Assembly: GCA_002104905.1 (NCBI GenBank)
Contig: MCFE01000466.1
Span: forward strand, 6,334 to 70,333
Direction of reading: 5' to 3'
Origin: Basidiobolus meristosporus CBS 931.73
Lineage: Eukaryota > Fungi > Basidiobolomycota
DNA: 64,000 nucleotides
Positions 11,941-24,419 of this stretch are shown piece after piece; the stretch's first letter is position 1, and the number at the start of each line of letters is the position of its first letter. The position numbers were made by a program, and so were the translations under genes. The notes under the pieces were generated by a model that saw only the letters and a program-made list of their open reading frames with translations, was not told the origin of the DNA and did not search any database.

Positions 11941-14206
11941 TCAAATTGGAGTAGAACAACAAATCATTCTGTTATAATTCTGGCTTTTAAGGTATACAGC
12001 AGTGGCAACTGATTCCGCCCAAAAATCATAGGATAATTTTTGATCATGGATCATAGATCTTGCCATATCAATTATTGAACTGTTAGCTTGTTCTGCTACT
12101 CCATTTTGCTGTGGGGAGTATGGTACAGTAGTCTCTTGCTTTATCCCATGAATTTTGCAGAAGTGGATGAAGAGTTTTGAGGTATATTCTCCGCCATTGT
12201 CAGAGCGTATTTTCTTGATTTTTTCACCAGTTTCTCTCTCCACCATGGCTTTAAACTCCCTGAACTTAGACAGAGCTTCTTCCTTTCTCTCCATGAAGTA
12301 GACCCATGTGTATGTTGTATAATCATCAATAAAAGTGATTAAATACTTCATCCTGCCTAAGGATAAATTTTGCATAGGTCCACACAGATCTGAGTGAATT
12401 AGATCTAATTTTTTCTTAGTTTTGATTAACCCAGAGCTCTTGAATAGTTGTCTGGCTTGTTTCCCATATATGCAGGCTTCACAGTGCTCCAAATTAGCTG
12501 GGGGATCAATTTTTACTCCAGAAATTAGCTGATCTTTGATCATTTTATGCAACTAATCAAAATTGATGTGTCCAAATCTCCTGTGCCAAAGCATTGGTGT
12601 TTCTTCATTTAAGTTACTTATATTGGCTTCCAAATATGTTGGAATATAAGTCAACTTGTATAGACTCTGATCTCTGATGCCCACAGCAATATGGTCACCA
12701 TTTTGATCAGTGATCCTGCATTCAGAATTGTCAAAACTGAAACTGAGTCCTTCTGTTGTGGCCTTGCTTACAGAGTGTAGGTTCTTGGCTATTTCTGGTA
12801 CATAGAGTACTTCTTTAAAGGTCAGTGTATGGCTTCCTTCACTGCTTCTAAGGTTGACTTAAAAAGTTCCTTCTCCCACTGCATCAAGTGTTCTATTGTC
12901 ACCCATAAAAACCTTCTTAATTGGAATTTCTTGATATTGGGTAAAAAGTTCTTTTTGGTGTGTAAAGTGTTGAGATGCTCCAGAGTCAATATACCACGTC
13001 TGAGAATCCTTGTTTGTGGTCATATTTAGTGCAGATATGAATAGTCTATCTTCAGTTGTTGCAGCACTTCCATATTCAGGCTTCTTTTGCTGATAATCGC
13101 TCTTCTTGAGACACCGGTCTGATGTGTGTCCTTTCCTTTTGCAGTAGTTGCAAAATAGGTTGCTGATGCCTTTGTAGGGTCTTGGGTACCTCCTTTGTTG
13201 GCTATCACTGCTTATTAAAGCATTTTCTTCTTCCTTCTTATTGATGCTTGATTTCCTTAATTCTTCATCCAGGAGCCTTCCATATACGTAATTTAAGGTC
13301 AACTCTTCAGTTCTGGACTCTAGGGCTGATACAAGGCCCTAAAACTTGTCTGTCAGGCTATTCAGGATGGTTACTATCACATCCTCATCAGTAGTTGGTA
13401 CGCCCACATATTCCATCTCATCTACCAGCAGGGTAATTCTGATATTAGATTTTTCATTACTTCTCCTGGCAGCATCTTTGTTGTAAAGAATTTTTGTCTC
13501 AGATGCATTTTCTTGGCAGCTGAACATGACTGGTGGGTGTCTTCTAATGCTTTTGAGGCATTCTTTGCCGTCTTTGCTCTTGAGCATTGAACTAGCAATT
13601 TGTCCTTGACATTAAGGCAAATGCAGTTAAAGGGACTTTGTTCTTTCTTCTGGTACTTTAAGGCTTCCTCTCTCACATTTTTAGGAGGGCATTCTTCTCC
13701 CATGACAATATCCCAAAGGCCTCTTTCTTGTAGTAGCATCTTCATCTTCACCTTCCTCACTTGGTAGTTGGATCCATCCAACTTTTCAGCAGAGGGAAAG
13801 ATTCCAGTAATAGCAGTAGTAGACATTGCAGCGAGTGACAGCTTGGGGCTCATAACCTGTTGTAAGAGTCTTGGAGATATTGGAAGTGATTTGGAGAACA
13901 AGTAGATTTTGTGGTTTTCACTTAATGATTTATTGAATGTAAAAGTAGTATTTACACTTTTACCTGGTCTTGGCATTACAAACATGTAGAATAGGTTAAG
14001 GAAGGTCCCAAGAACATTTGTGCAAAGTTTGGGGCTGTTTGGACAACTTTGAGAATTTTCATTTTCTGGGTACCTGGTTTTTTGGTGAAAATATTCTAAG
14101 TAAATCCCAACTAGGATTTTGGTCAGTATTCTCCAGGATTTAAGGGTAATCATCTAAGTGACTAAGTTAGGTGAATATTTAGGTGGAATTACAAATTTTT
14201 ACAACA
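11941..14206 (-). mobile_element. Truncated Ty1/copia element: 5' LTR (13858-14206), PBS, gag, protease, integrase
   Basis: 349-bp LTR with TGTTGTAA/TTACAACA termini, then PBS GGTTATGAGCCC. Gag has LDGSNY..MKMLLQERGLWDIV, the CNYCKRKGHTSDRC zinc knuckle, WYIDSGASQH protease, and integrase HSDLCGPM..FIDD..RSDNGGEY..PQQNGVAE. Confidence 0.93.
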
Positions 14207-14209
14207 AGA

Positions 14210-14560
14210 AGTATGTTACCACCAATATCAGTAATGGGAGCTTTGAGGATTTACTGCTACTTCTGGACAAAAGCATTCTGCAACATAACTTACCATGTGC
14301 ATGGTACCAATGGACAACTGGGATGCAGCTGGCTAAATATGACCTAGAGACTGTCCTGATGCTAGTATGTGCCAACAGTTGCATGGTATTCATATCAGAA
14401 GTTGCCACCATTGCAATGTGTCCAACTTATCATGAACCACCACTATCAGTGGAAAACAATATTCACACTCTGAATATACACCAGCCATCAGCAAGATAGC
14501 TGGCTTATCTGGGCACAATGGATGATATTGCTGTGAATATGTGAGATCCAAGGAATTTAC
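14210..14560 (+). mobile_element. CACTA/tnp2 transposase remnant
   Basis: Homologous to 8350-8600 (LLLLDKSILQHNLPCAWY..CANSCMVF..CPTYHEP). Confidence 0.65.
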
Positions 14561-15099
14561 ACCCTGTGATAGATAACTTGGTCTTGCAGGTGGATCTTAC
14601 CCAGATCAGCCAGCAGGATCCTGTCAGGAGACCAATATATTTCTGGCTGCTCTGAATTAATGATCCTTAATATGATCATATGATAGAATCACAACAGCAT
14701 TTGGCTAATTTACCACCAAATAAAGTTAAAAAGATACCGGTTTTTTAGCAGTGGTTTGCCAAGGGTTGCATGGGAATCTTGTGGTCTGGAGGTGCTCTAT
14801 AACTATTGGAGTGAATCTAACTGGCCAGTACATCCAATTGTCTTATATGGCAAAGAACTTGGTGGTGTTTTAACAGTCTCATTGCAAGCCTTGGATGGCA
14901 GTATTACAGCAGTATAGCAGTCTACATCCAGTACTATTTAATGCTACTTTACCAATTTACCAAATGGTATTGCCTTTTTCTACATCCCCTGCGCAATTCA
15001 TGTTTTCCACTGTAGAAGCACCCCATTTTATTTGGTTGCTCACTACTACCTTGGGTATTCCATATATAGTTTGAATCAAAAAATATCAGGGCCCCCTTC

Positions 15100-17030
15100 T
15101 TACTAACCTTGCTAGATGCAAACACCTGTCACAGTTGACATATTTCTATCACCTCAGCTTTATGGCTTTTTAGTGTGATACTTTCAAAGTTGCCATCTAC
15201 TGTATTGCTGGTAACATATACATCTAGCAAACATATGTGTGGGTGCCACCACTTCTGCCCTGAATACCTCCTGAATATCTGCAAAGTACTTTCTGGTATT
15301 TGGCCAGTATATTCTTTCTGCCTGCTGAATTCTGGTCCCCCTTACTGGTGTGCTCTGGCTCTTGTTTGTGTGAGTCCTTACAGAATGGTGTAGAAATTGG
15401 CTTGTGACCAAGAGAAACCTGGCATACATTGTTTGAGTTTTCCTGATTAAGTTAGCTGCTTGTTGCACCCTACCCCATTTTGCATTACTTGACTCATTAC
15501 CCATGTATGGGGGCTACTAAGCTTCTGAATGCCATAGGCATGGGTGTCTCAATGTGTACCTCTATCCTTAGTATTTTCCAACTCCTCCTGCCTGCCTTCC
15601 ATGTGCCAAATTACCATGTCTGTGATGGACTTGAAGTTAATATTCTTGATGAGATTGAAATTTGATAGTACCTGCAACTTGACTCTTCTTCCTATTGCCC
15701 CACCTATCTGCTCCATAGGAAACTCCAAAATGATGATGCATGGACCAATTTTCTCCACACACTAAGCAAGATGGAATGAGAATGGATACAGTAGCAGCAG
15801 AGATCTACAAATTCAGCTTTATGTTGGTAGTACAGCTGCTCAAATCCCTTTGCAAACTCCTTGCACAACAGCTGTAGATGTGTCAAGTTGGCATTGGTGA
15901 TCTGCTTGTGGATAAATATTTCTACAATGTCCACATATGACTTCCATTTCTTCCAATGTACTCTTGGTAGGAATGGCTTCAGAACACCACTTGAATAACA
16001 CATATCCAGTTCATCCAGTCTTTTCACTTGTATTGTTGTATATGCATATAAATATTGATTGGAGCCCACAAAAAGGAGTATATCCCCCAGATCTCACACT
16101 TTCAACTGTAATTCTGTTTGTTGTACCCAGAAGAGCTGGCTATCTGGCTAATGGCTGAGGTACCTTCAATATAGATAACAATATGCGCTTTGGCATGATG
16201 GCCATTTAGTGTCATCCTGCTGGAATGCACACAAAATTCATCCAGCAATGGATATAGGCAGCTATCCAGGTTGGACAATAATTAAGGCCCAGATACCAGT
16301 GAGACTACCATCTGGTTTTGGCTCTGATATCATAAATAGGTGGCATATTCAGGTTGATGAGAATCAGTGGCCAGCAGGATTTGCTGGTAGAGTACCTGTT
16401 TGATGAGAATTCATCAAGTGCCAAGGCAAAGGCATGGCCATACATACTATCAAAGTAGCCCTTGTTTCTTAGCTGCTGTAGTATTTGCCATCACATATAT
16501 TGGATATGTTTGTGCACAATTGTTACTAAGTGGGCTACTCTGTAGCTTTGCAATGTTTGTCATACTGTGTACTTCTTTAAATGGGGTATTACTGGAATAT
16601 ATCCAGAGTGTGAACAATGTTTTCTGACAATGGTGGTGGATTCCTGATATGTTGGAAACCTTGCAAAGGTACCAGTTTCTGATGTGAATGCCATGCTAAT
16701 GCTAACACATGCTGGTATCAGGACAGTCTCTGGGCTGTATATTGCCAGCCACTTGACAGTTGTTCATTTATACCATGTACATGGTAAGTTGCATCCTGAG
16801 ATGATTATGGCTAGAAGATGTAGTAAATGCACAAGGCCTTCATTACTGATATTTTTATAATTACACCACTTCTCTGGCCACAACATTATATCACTCACCA
16901 GTTGATGGATTACTGGGCTCACTTAACTCCATAAAGTAACCTTGGCATTTTTTCTCACAGGTGTTGTATCATTGGCTATTGGGGTTTTGTTGGGCTAATG
17001 CAGAGTACTGTTGTTAGGATAGATAGGCTC
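15100..17030 (-). mobile_element. CACTA/tnp2 transposase remnants (inverted copies)
   Basis: 16640-16990 is the reverse complement of 8230-8590. 15750-16070 matches the downstream transposase segment also seen at 19860-20060. Confidence 0.55.
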
Positions 17031-17044
17031 ATAATACATACAAA

Positions 17045-17572
17045 TGTTATGAATAGACACAAGGTAGTAGAGTAGAGCTAGGCAAGGCAGGATCAGGAAA
17101 GGACTTAGGTGTGGATCATCAAGGCAAGGCAGATTTCCAAGGCAAGGCTGTTTATTCAAGACCTGTGTTTATCAGACTGAGGAATACTTAAGGGGGAATA
17201 GGACTATATATACTTTTTGGTTATACTGATGCCAAGAGATATTGGCTAATACTAATGGGGTTGTGGGGTGAGGCACAGCAATGTGCTGGGGATAATGATA
17301 CTGAAGGCAAGGCACTGAGACAGGATGGGGAAATGGATTGGGTCACCTGATCAAGTGACTAAGTCATGTGGCCTGGTATATCCATATATGGTACTTGACT
17401 ATGAAAAATACAATGGGAAGCTTCCATGGAATGTTCCATTGTGTAACAATGGTTTAGAATGGTCAGGAACTTTCTGGAAGGTGGTAGAGGGTTCCAGAAG
17501 GAATCTCTTAGAAATTGAGCTAGGAAGCTGAAACTTGGCATGGGTGTTCATGGTTGTCATGTGATCATGACA
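17045..17572. mobile_element. Solo LTR (family C) with 5-bp TSD ACAAA
   Basis: Termini TGTTATGA/TCATGACA; ACAAA lies at 17040-17044 and 17573-17577. Confidence 0.8.
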
Positions 17573-18480
17573 ACAAATATGTAGGATTCAATGATGCACT
17601 GCCAATGCAAGCATTGTAAATAAAGTTGTTGCACCATATACACACATATGTAACACCATTTCCCCTTTGGTTTGACTCACTTCCATATATATGCCACCAA
17701 AAAATAATGCAAAGTTGTCTGGTTGCCAACCAAACCCCACAACTGACAGCAGCAGATGAACTATTGGACAACAGCTTGCTTTGGCATTCAGTGCAACAAG
17801 CAGGGCCACAACCAAAAAAGACCATGTTCATAGTGTGCCCACTGAAAGTAATAGTATGGACTCCTTAAGCTCTTAATCAAGTAGGCAATTAAGACCCTCT
17901 GCAGAGTCACAAACTGACCATAATGCTCAAGCAGATGAGGATGTAGCAAAAGCAGTACCTTCAGCTGAAATCCAGTAAGTGACCATCATAATATCACTAC
18001 CACCTGTATTAGCAGGTATATTGTTAGCTCATACTAAAGCCTTAATTAGGAAATTAGGTGCAGTGGCTGATAGTTTAGATGCAATGGTCCAGAGAAGTCA
18101 GGAAATAGTCCAGAAACAGGACAAGCAGATAATATGTGTAGAAAATCAATGTTCCCAGTAGAAAAAGCAATTTTTCTGCTGGAAAGTAGGAACTCAAGCT
18201 GCTAAATGTCACAGCCAATAACTGAGCCATTTCCCAGTGTAACAGCAGAAGAATACTGTACTGTCCTTGTCAGCACAACAACAGTGACCAAAGAAAAAGC
18301 TCACAGAAAAACCTATCACTGCATTGGGGGGAGAATCTGCAGTGTTTGTACCAAAGCCTCAAAATCAAAAGTCTTTGAAGATTTGTGAAGCTGGTGAGTT
18401 CAATCAGTACTACATCAATAACAATACTGCAAAGCTCACAAGAATCCAATCTAAGTTCTAAAAGAAAACTACCACTTTTC

Positions 18481-18637
18481 TGTTGGAAAAGTCCCTCTAA
18501 GATACCTCTCTACTCTAAAGAAGCCTCTCAAGGCACCCCTTTAGTGTAAAGTCCACTTTAGAGACCACTACAAGAAGCCCCTTTACTCTATAGACACCCT
18601 GTTAGGTCTAAAGACCCCTTTAGAGACTTCTACAACA
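18481..18637 (-). mobile_element. Short 157-bp LTR (family D) with adjacent polypurine tract
   Basis: TGTTG...CAACA termini. The right flank CTCCCCCTTT reads AAAGGGGGAG|TGTTGTAG on the minus strand (PPT plus 3' LTR). Internal short repeats (CCCTTTAG/TCTAAAG). Confidence 0.55.
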
Positions 18638-19489
18638 CTCCCCTTTAGGTTGAAGGGGAGTTTGGAATTTCCATATTAAGAACTATTATTTCAGAAAGGA
18701 AAGTGACTTCCAAATAAGCAAAGGTTACTATAAAAGTAAATAAGCTCAATAGTTGACAGAAGGTCAGAACACTGCTGTAGAAGTGAGAATCACTGCCTAT
18801 AGTATATTTTGAGGCTAAGATTGAGAATTTCAGTGAAAGTTATATCTTCTATAGGGATATCAATCTCCCAATAAACTGTTTCAGTATTAGCATACTGGAA
18901 GTTGTTGTATACTGTTGATTAGCCTCTACATTATAGAACAAGCCCCAAACTAATCATAATACAACACAATACATAAAGCTGTGGGGTTCCTGCCAATGTC
19001 TTAGAAACAGAGCATTACAGCAGAAACACTTATTGAGATGTGGATTTTAATGGAGTTACTTGTTGAGTGTGGGGTTGGGCTTAATGTTGGTGTAGGGTAT
19101 AGGGACTTGTATAGGTCTATAAGATTGTCAATTGAGGTACAACTGAAGTTTCAACACAAATTAATCAATTTGTATGGATGAAAAGTAAGAGAAAGGGCCA
19201 AGTCAGGAAGTAAGGAGTGTGGAAAAGAGGCAATAGCCAATCAATGGACACAGACATAGGAGGTGCTAGAGTGTCCAGGACTGGAAAGTGAAAAAGTTGG
19301 CAGGGAACCAATCAGAACCCATTTATTTATTGTTATGATGAAGAATTTTGATTAAGTTTTTTGTGAAATCTGGGGTGCAATTATTTTTGACAGTCTTTGC
19401 ATGGTGTGCTGATGGGAACAATACCTCTTAGTCACAGGACTTAGAGTTTATGAAGGCCTTTTAATGGGATCATCAGAATTATTTCTCCT

Positions 19490-20080
19490 AGGGTACATCA
19501 TAACTGACACACACACTATTATTATCTAACACCAACACTAAGATTATCATCTTTTCACAGAGATTGTACAGAAGCCAGCATACAATTGTAGTAAAGTTGG
19601 TAGGCCACAAGTCATTGGCCAGAGTATGGAATATTATACTGATGACCAAGTTGTACATAGGACATATAAAGCAAAATGAGCCCTTTGAGATACTGGAGCA
19701 CTTTGAAATAATTGGCAAGATATTTCAGAGTATATACTGCCCCAAAGCACTTCCCATGAGCCCCAATCATTATCCACATGCAATTGCAACAATACTATTG
19801 CAAGAACTGGATGGACTAGATGTGTAATTATCCAAGTGGCCTTCAGAGGATGTTTCTATGTCAAACTCATTAGAAGTATTGGGAGGCATTTATTGGTATT
19901 GTGGGAAAATTTATTCAGAAGCAGATTAGCAATGCCAATTTGAAGCATCTAATGCACTTATGAAAGGAGTTTGTAACAGGATTTAAGCAGCTATACTAAA
20001 ATTACAAAGCTGAACATTCAGATCTCTGCTGCTACTGCATTTATTATCTAATCCATCTTACTTTGTATGTGGACAATATT
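19490..20080 (+). mobile_element. CACTA/tnp2 transposase remnant
   Basis: Homologous to 9180-9480 (KLYIGHIKQNEPFEILEHFEIIGKIFQSIYCPK). Confidence 0.6.
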
Positions 20081-20312
20081 AGGCCTTGCTTCACCATTTA
20101 GCAGTCTCCTATGGAGTGAATGTGAATGGATATAGTGAGACAAGACAAGTTGCAGGTATCACCATATCCCTATCTCATCAAGAATATAACCTTTATGACT
20201 GCTATGGATGTCAGGAGTTGGCAGATGGAGGACAGCCAGCACATGTGTGTATGTATGTAGTGGCTAGAAAGCAAGAGGCTATAGTTTTTTTTTGACTCAA
20301 ACTCTATGTGGA

Positions 20313-21559
20313 CTACCCATGGTAATGGTGGGTAAGCAAAAAACAAAGGTTGACCCTACAGTGGAACTTATGAATGGCACTTTTGGCACTTGATTTTCTT
20401 AATTCTTCATCCAGGAGCCTTCCATATATGTAATTTAAGGTCAAATCTTTGGTTCTGGACTCTAGGGCTGATACAAGGCCCTGAAACTTGTCTGTCAGGC
20501 TATTCAGGATGGTTACTATCACATCCTCATCAGTAGTTGGTATGCCCACATATTCCATCTCATCTACCAGCAGGGTAATTCTGCTATTAGATTTTTCATT
20601 TCTTCTCCTGGCAGCATCTTTGCAGTAAAGAACTTTGGTCTCAGATACATTTTCTTAGCAGCTGAACATGACTGGTAGGTGCCTTCTAATGCCTTCCAGG
20701 CATTCTTTGCTGTTTTTGCTCTTGAGCATTGAATTATCAATTTGTCTTTGACATCAAGGAAGATGCAGTTAAAGGCCTTTGTTCTTCCTTCTAGTACTTT
20801 AAGGCTTCCTCTCCCACATTTTTAGGAGGGCATTCTTCTCCCATGACAATATCCCAAAGGTCTCTTTCTTGTAGCAGCATCTTCATCTTCAACTTCCACA
20901 CTTGGTAGTTAGAGCCATCCAACTTTTCAGCAGAGGGAAAGATTCAAGTAATAGCAGTAGTAGACATTAAACTTGTTCCATTGTGCCATTGATCATAGTG
21001 CCAGAGAGTGCTGTATATTTTGTTATTAATTTGATATTTTAGGGTCATATGCATGTCAATTTTGATCTCAAATTGGCACTGTATGGCACCATCTGGCACT
21101 CTGAGGCATGATCAGGCACCATCTGGCATGCTATGGCACTATTGGGCACTATGATCAGCTGGAATGATGGAACAAGTCTATTGCAGAGAGTAACAGCTTG
21201 GGGCTCATAGCCTGTTGTAAAAGTCTTGTGGATATTGGAAGTGATTGGGAGGGCAAGTAGATTATGTGGTTTTCACTTAATGATTTATTGAATGTAAAGT
21301 AGTATTTATACCTTACATGGCCTTGGCATAACAAACATGTAGAGTAGGTCAAGGAAGGTCCCTAGAACATATGTGCAAAGTTTGGGGCTGCTTAGACAAC
21401 TTTGAGAATTTTCATGTTCTGGGTACCTGGTATTTTGGTGAAAATATTCTAAGTAAATCCCAACAAGGAATTTAGTCAGTACTCTCTAGGATTTGAAGGT
21501 AATGATCTAAGTGACTAAGTAAGGTGAATATTTAGGTGGGATTACAAATTTTTACAACA
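20313..21559 (-). mobile_element. Truncated Ty1/copia element: 5' LTR (21213-21559), PBS, gag fragment
   Basis: Same LTR family as 13858-14206; PBS variant GGCTATGAGCCC; gag MEYVGIPTTDEDVIVTILNSLTDKFQGLVSALESR. The LTR abuts the RT of a plus-strand copia. Confidence 0.9.
20969..21179. mobile_element. 211-bp MITE with 13-bp TIRs and 3-bp TSD ATT
   Basis: TIRs AAACTTGTTCCAT / ATGGAACAAGTCT; ATT on both sides; repeated subterminal GGCAC motifs. The empty site AGACATTGCAG is at 13821-13831 in the paralogous gag. Confidence 0.8.
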
Positions 21560-23384
21560 AGAAGAGCCTCAAATTGCAACATAGATTCTTATTTGGAACT
21601 GTTGAGTTTCAAAGGAGTAGTGCTGACTATAATATATACTATAAGGCAGAAGGAGCAAATCTAGTTCTGTTAGCTCTATATGTGGATGATCTTATTATAG
21701 CTGCCAATGAGCTAGAACCATTGAAAGAGACTAAATCTGGCCTATGTAAAGAGTTCAAGATCTCCAATCTAGGAGAACTCTGTTACTACTTGGGGATAAA
21801 GTTTGCCATAGACAGCAGTACCCAGACTATCACCTTAAGCCAGTCCAAGTATATTCAAGATACACTAAAGAAGTACTTATTGGACAAATGTAAACCAGCA
21901 GCCACCCCAGTGGAGACATACCTTGACTTGGATCAAAACTCAACCAAATCCAGAGAACTTGGTGCCTTCTGAAAGCCCTAAGCTTCCTTATCAGACTATG
22001 GTCAGCAGTCTGATATATAGCATACTTGGAGTATGTCCAGATATCTCATATCCAGTGGGAGTTGTTAGCCAGCATAATCAGAACTATGGATCTGATCATA
22101 CTGCAGCAGTTAGGTGGATTTTTAGATACCTAAAAGGAGCTTCTTATACCTGTTCAAGGTACTCCTATAAGGATTCAGAGCAGGATCTTGTGGGACACTG
22201 CAATGCTGATTGGGGACAAGATCTAGAAGACAGAAGATCCACCACAGGATACACCTTTCTTTACTGTCAAGGAGCAATTTCATGGAATTCAAGAAAGCAA
22301 CCTGCTGTAGCACTTTCCACCACAGAGGCAGAGTATACAGCAGCCTGTGAAGCTGCAAAAGAAGCAATGAGGTTGAGAAAGCTTTTTAAAGATTTAGGCC
22401 TATGTCAAAAAATGCCTGTTACATTTTTTCAAGATAATCAAGGATTTGTTGTAAGAGTCTGGAGATATTTGAAGTGATTGGGAGGACAAATAGATTATGT
22501 GGTTTTCACTTAACGATTTATTGAATGTAAAAGTAGTATTTATACTTTCACATGGTCTTAGCATAACAAACACATAGAATAGAATTAAGGAAGGTCCCAA
22601 GAACATGCGTGCAAAGTTTGGGGCTGTTTGGACAACTTTGAGAATTTTCATGTTCTGGATACCTGGTATTTTGGTGAAAATATTCTAAGTAAATCCCGAC
22701 AAGGAGTTTAGGTCAATATTTTCTAGGATTTGAAGGTAATGATCTAAGTGACTAAGGTAGGTGAATATTTAGGTGGAAATATGAATTTTACAACAGGATT
22801 TATACAATTAGGTAGAAATCCAACTTTTCATGCTAGAACTAAGCACACTGATAATAGACATCATTTCATACGTTAAGCTATAGAGAATCAACTGTGTCAG
22901 CTTAGCCTACTGTCCTACAGGTGAAATTGATTGCAGTCACATTTACCAAACCATTAGCTAGAGACAAGTTTGAAATATCTTGGGTCAAAATTAGGACTAG
23001 GCAGTATGAGCATTTAGCTGAGTGGGAGTGTTGTAAGAGATTTGTAGTTCCACTATGAATATTCACCTAAGCTTGAGTCACTTATATCATTACCTTCAAA
23101 TCCTAGAGAATACTGACCAGACTACTTGTTGGGACTTACTTGGAATATTCTCACCAAAACATCAGGTACTCAGAAGCATGAAATATTCTCAAAGTTGTCC
23201 AAACAGCCCAAACTCTGCAAACATGCTCTTGGAGATCTTCCTTACACCTATTCTATGTGTTTGTTATGCCAAGACCATGTAAGAGTATAAATACTACTTT
23301 TACATTCAATCAATCATTGAGTGAAGACCACATAATCTACTTGTTCTCCCAATCACTTCCAATATCCCTAAGACTCTTACAACA
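21560..23384 (+). mobile_element. Ty1/copia 3' half: RT, RNase H, PPT, 3' LTR (23029-23384)
   Basis: ALYVDDLII RT; NADWGQD..RRSTTGY..SWNSRKQ..ALSTTEAEY RNase H; PPT GCTGAGTGGGAG|TGTTGTAAG. Confidence 0.92.
22447..22795 (-). mobile_element. Solo copia LTR with 5-bp TSD GGATT inside RNase H
   Basis: 349 bp, TGTTGTAA...TTACAACA; GGATT at 22442-22446 and 22796-22800. The RNase H sequence (compare 3231-3260) resumes after it. Confidence 0.93.
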
Positions 23385-24068
23385 CTTACAAGAGCCTTCA
23401 CATGAACAACTTACTGAATATGGTAAGTGGTCTCAATAATTTGCATGGACTTGGCAGAGCAGGCATATAAAGTATACTTAGAACAATCCCAAGAACATAT
23501 GTGTAAAGTTTGGGGCTGTTTGGCCAGCTTTGAGAATATTTATGTTCTGGGTGCCTGATATTTGTGAGAATACATCCAGTCCATCCCCGCAAGAGATTGA
23601 CTCAGAGTTCTCTAAGTTGTGTAGGTAATGATACAGGTGACTAAGTTAGGTGATCACTTGGGTGCCATTACAAATCTTTACTACACATTGGATTTAAGCT
23701 TGTTAGATCCAATTTTTCTTAGTTTTCATTAACCAAAAGCTCTTGAACCGCTTTCTGGCTTGTTTCCCATATATGCAGGCCTCATAGTGCTCTTGATTAG
23801 CCAGGGGATCAGCTTTTACTTATGAATTCAGCCAACCTTTTGATCTGTTGGCTCAAATGACCAAAACTGATGTGTTTTGGTCTCCTGTGCCAGAGCATAG
23901 GGTATTTCCTCATTGAGGTTGTGCTATTGGCTTCCAGATACAATGAAAATAAGTCTGCTGGTATAGATTCTGATCTCTGCTACCTGAGGAAATATGAGCA
24001 TCATTGGAATCAGTGGTTCAGTGTCCAGAACTGTCAGGGCTGCCAATGGGCACCTCTGATGCTCTAAA

Positions 24069-24419
24069 TGCTGTAAGAGTCTTGGAGATCTTGCAAGTGA
24101 TTGGGACAATTAGTAGACAATGTGGATTTTCACTTAATGATTTATTGTACGTGAAAGTAGTCTTTATACTTTTACATGGTCCAGGCATAGAAAACATGTA
24201 GGATAGGTTTAGGAAGGTCATAAGAGCATGTGTGCAAATGTTTGGCGCTGCTTGGACAACCTGCCTAATTTTCATATTCTGGGTAGCTGATATTTTGACA
24301 AATGTATTCCAAGTAAATCCCAACAAGGAATTTGGTCAGTATTCTCTAGGATTTGTAGGTAATGATCTAAGTGACTATGTTAGGTTGATATTCAGGTGGA
24401 ATTACAAGTTTTTGCAACA
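24069..24419 (-). mobile_element. Copia LTR copy
   Basis: TGCTGTAAGAGTCTTGGAG...TTTTTGCAACA, colinear with 22447-22795. Confidence 0.8.

Noticed and set aside
14207-21564. Identical AGAAG flank outside two copia 5' LTRs (14207 and 21560)
   Set aside because: Both are on the same side, so this is not a TSD. The flanks diverge immediately into different TE remnants; probably chance.
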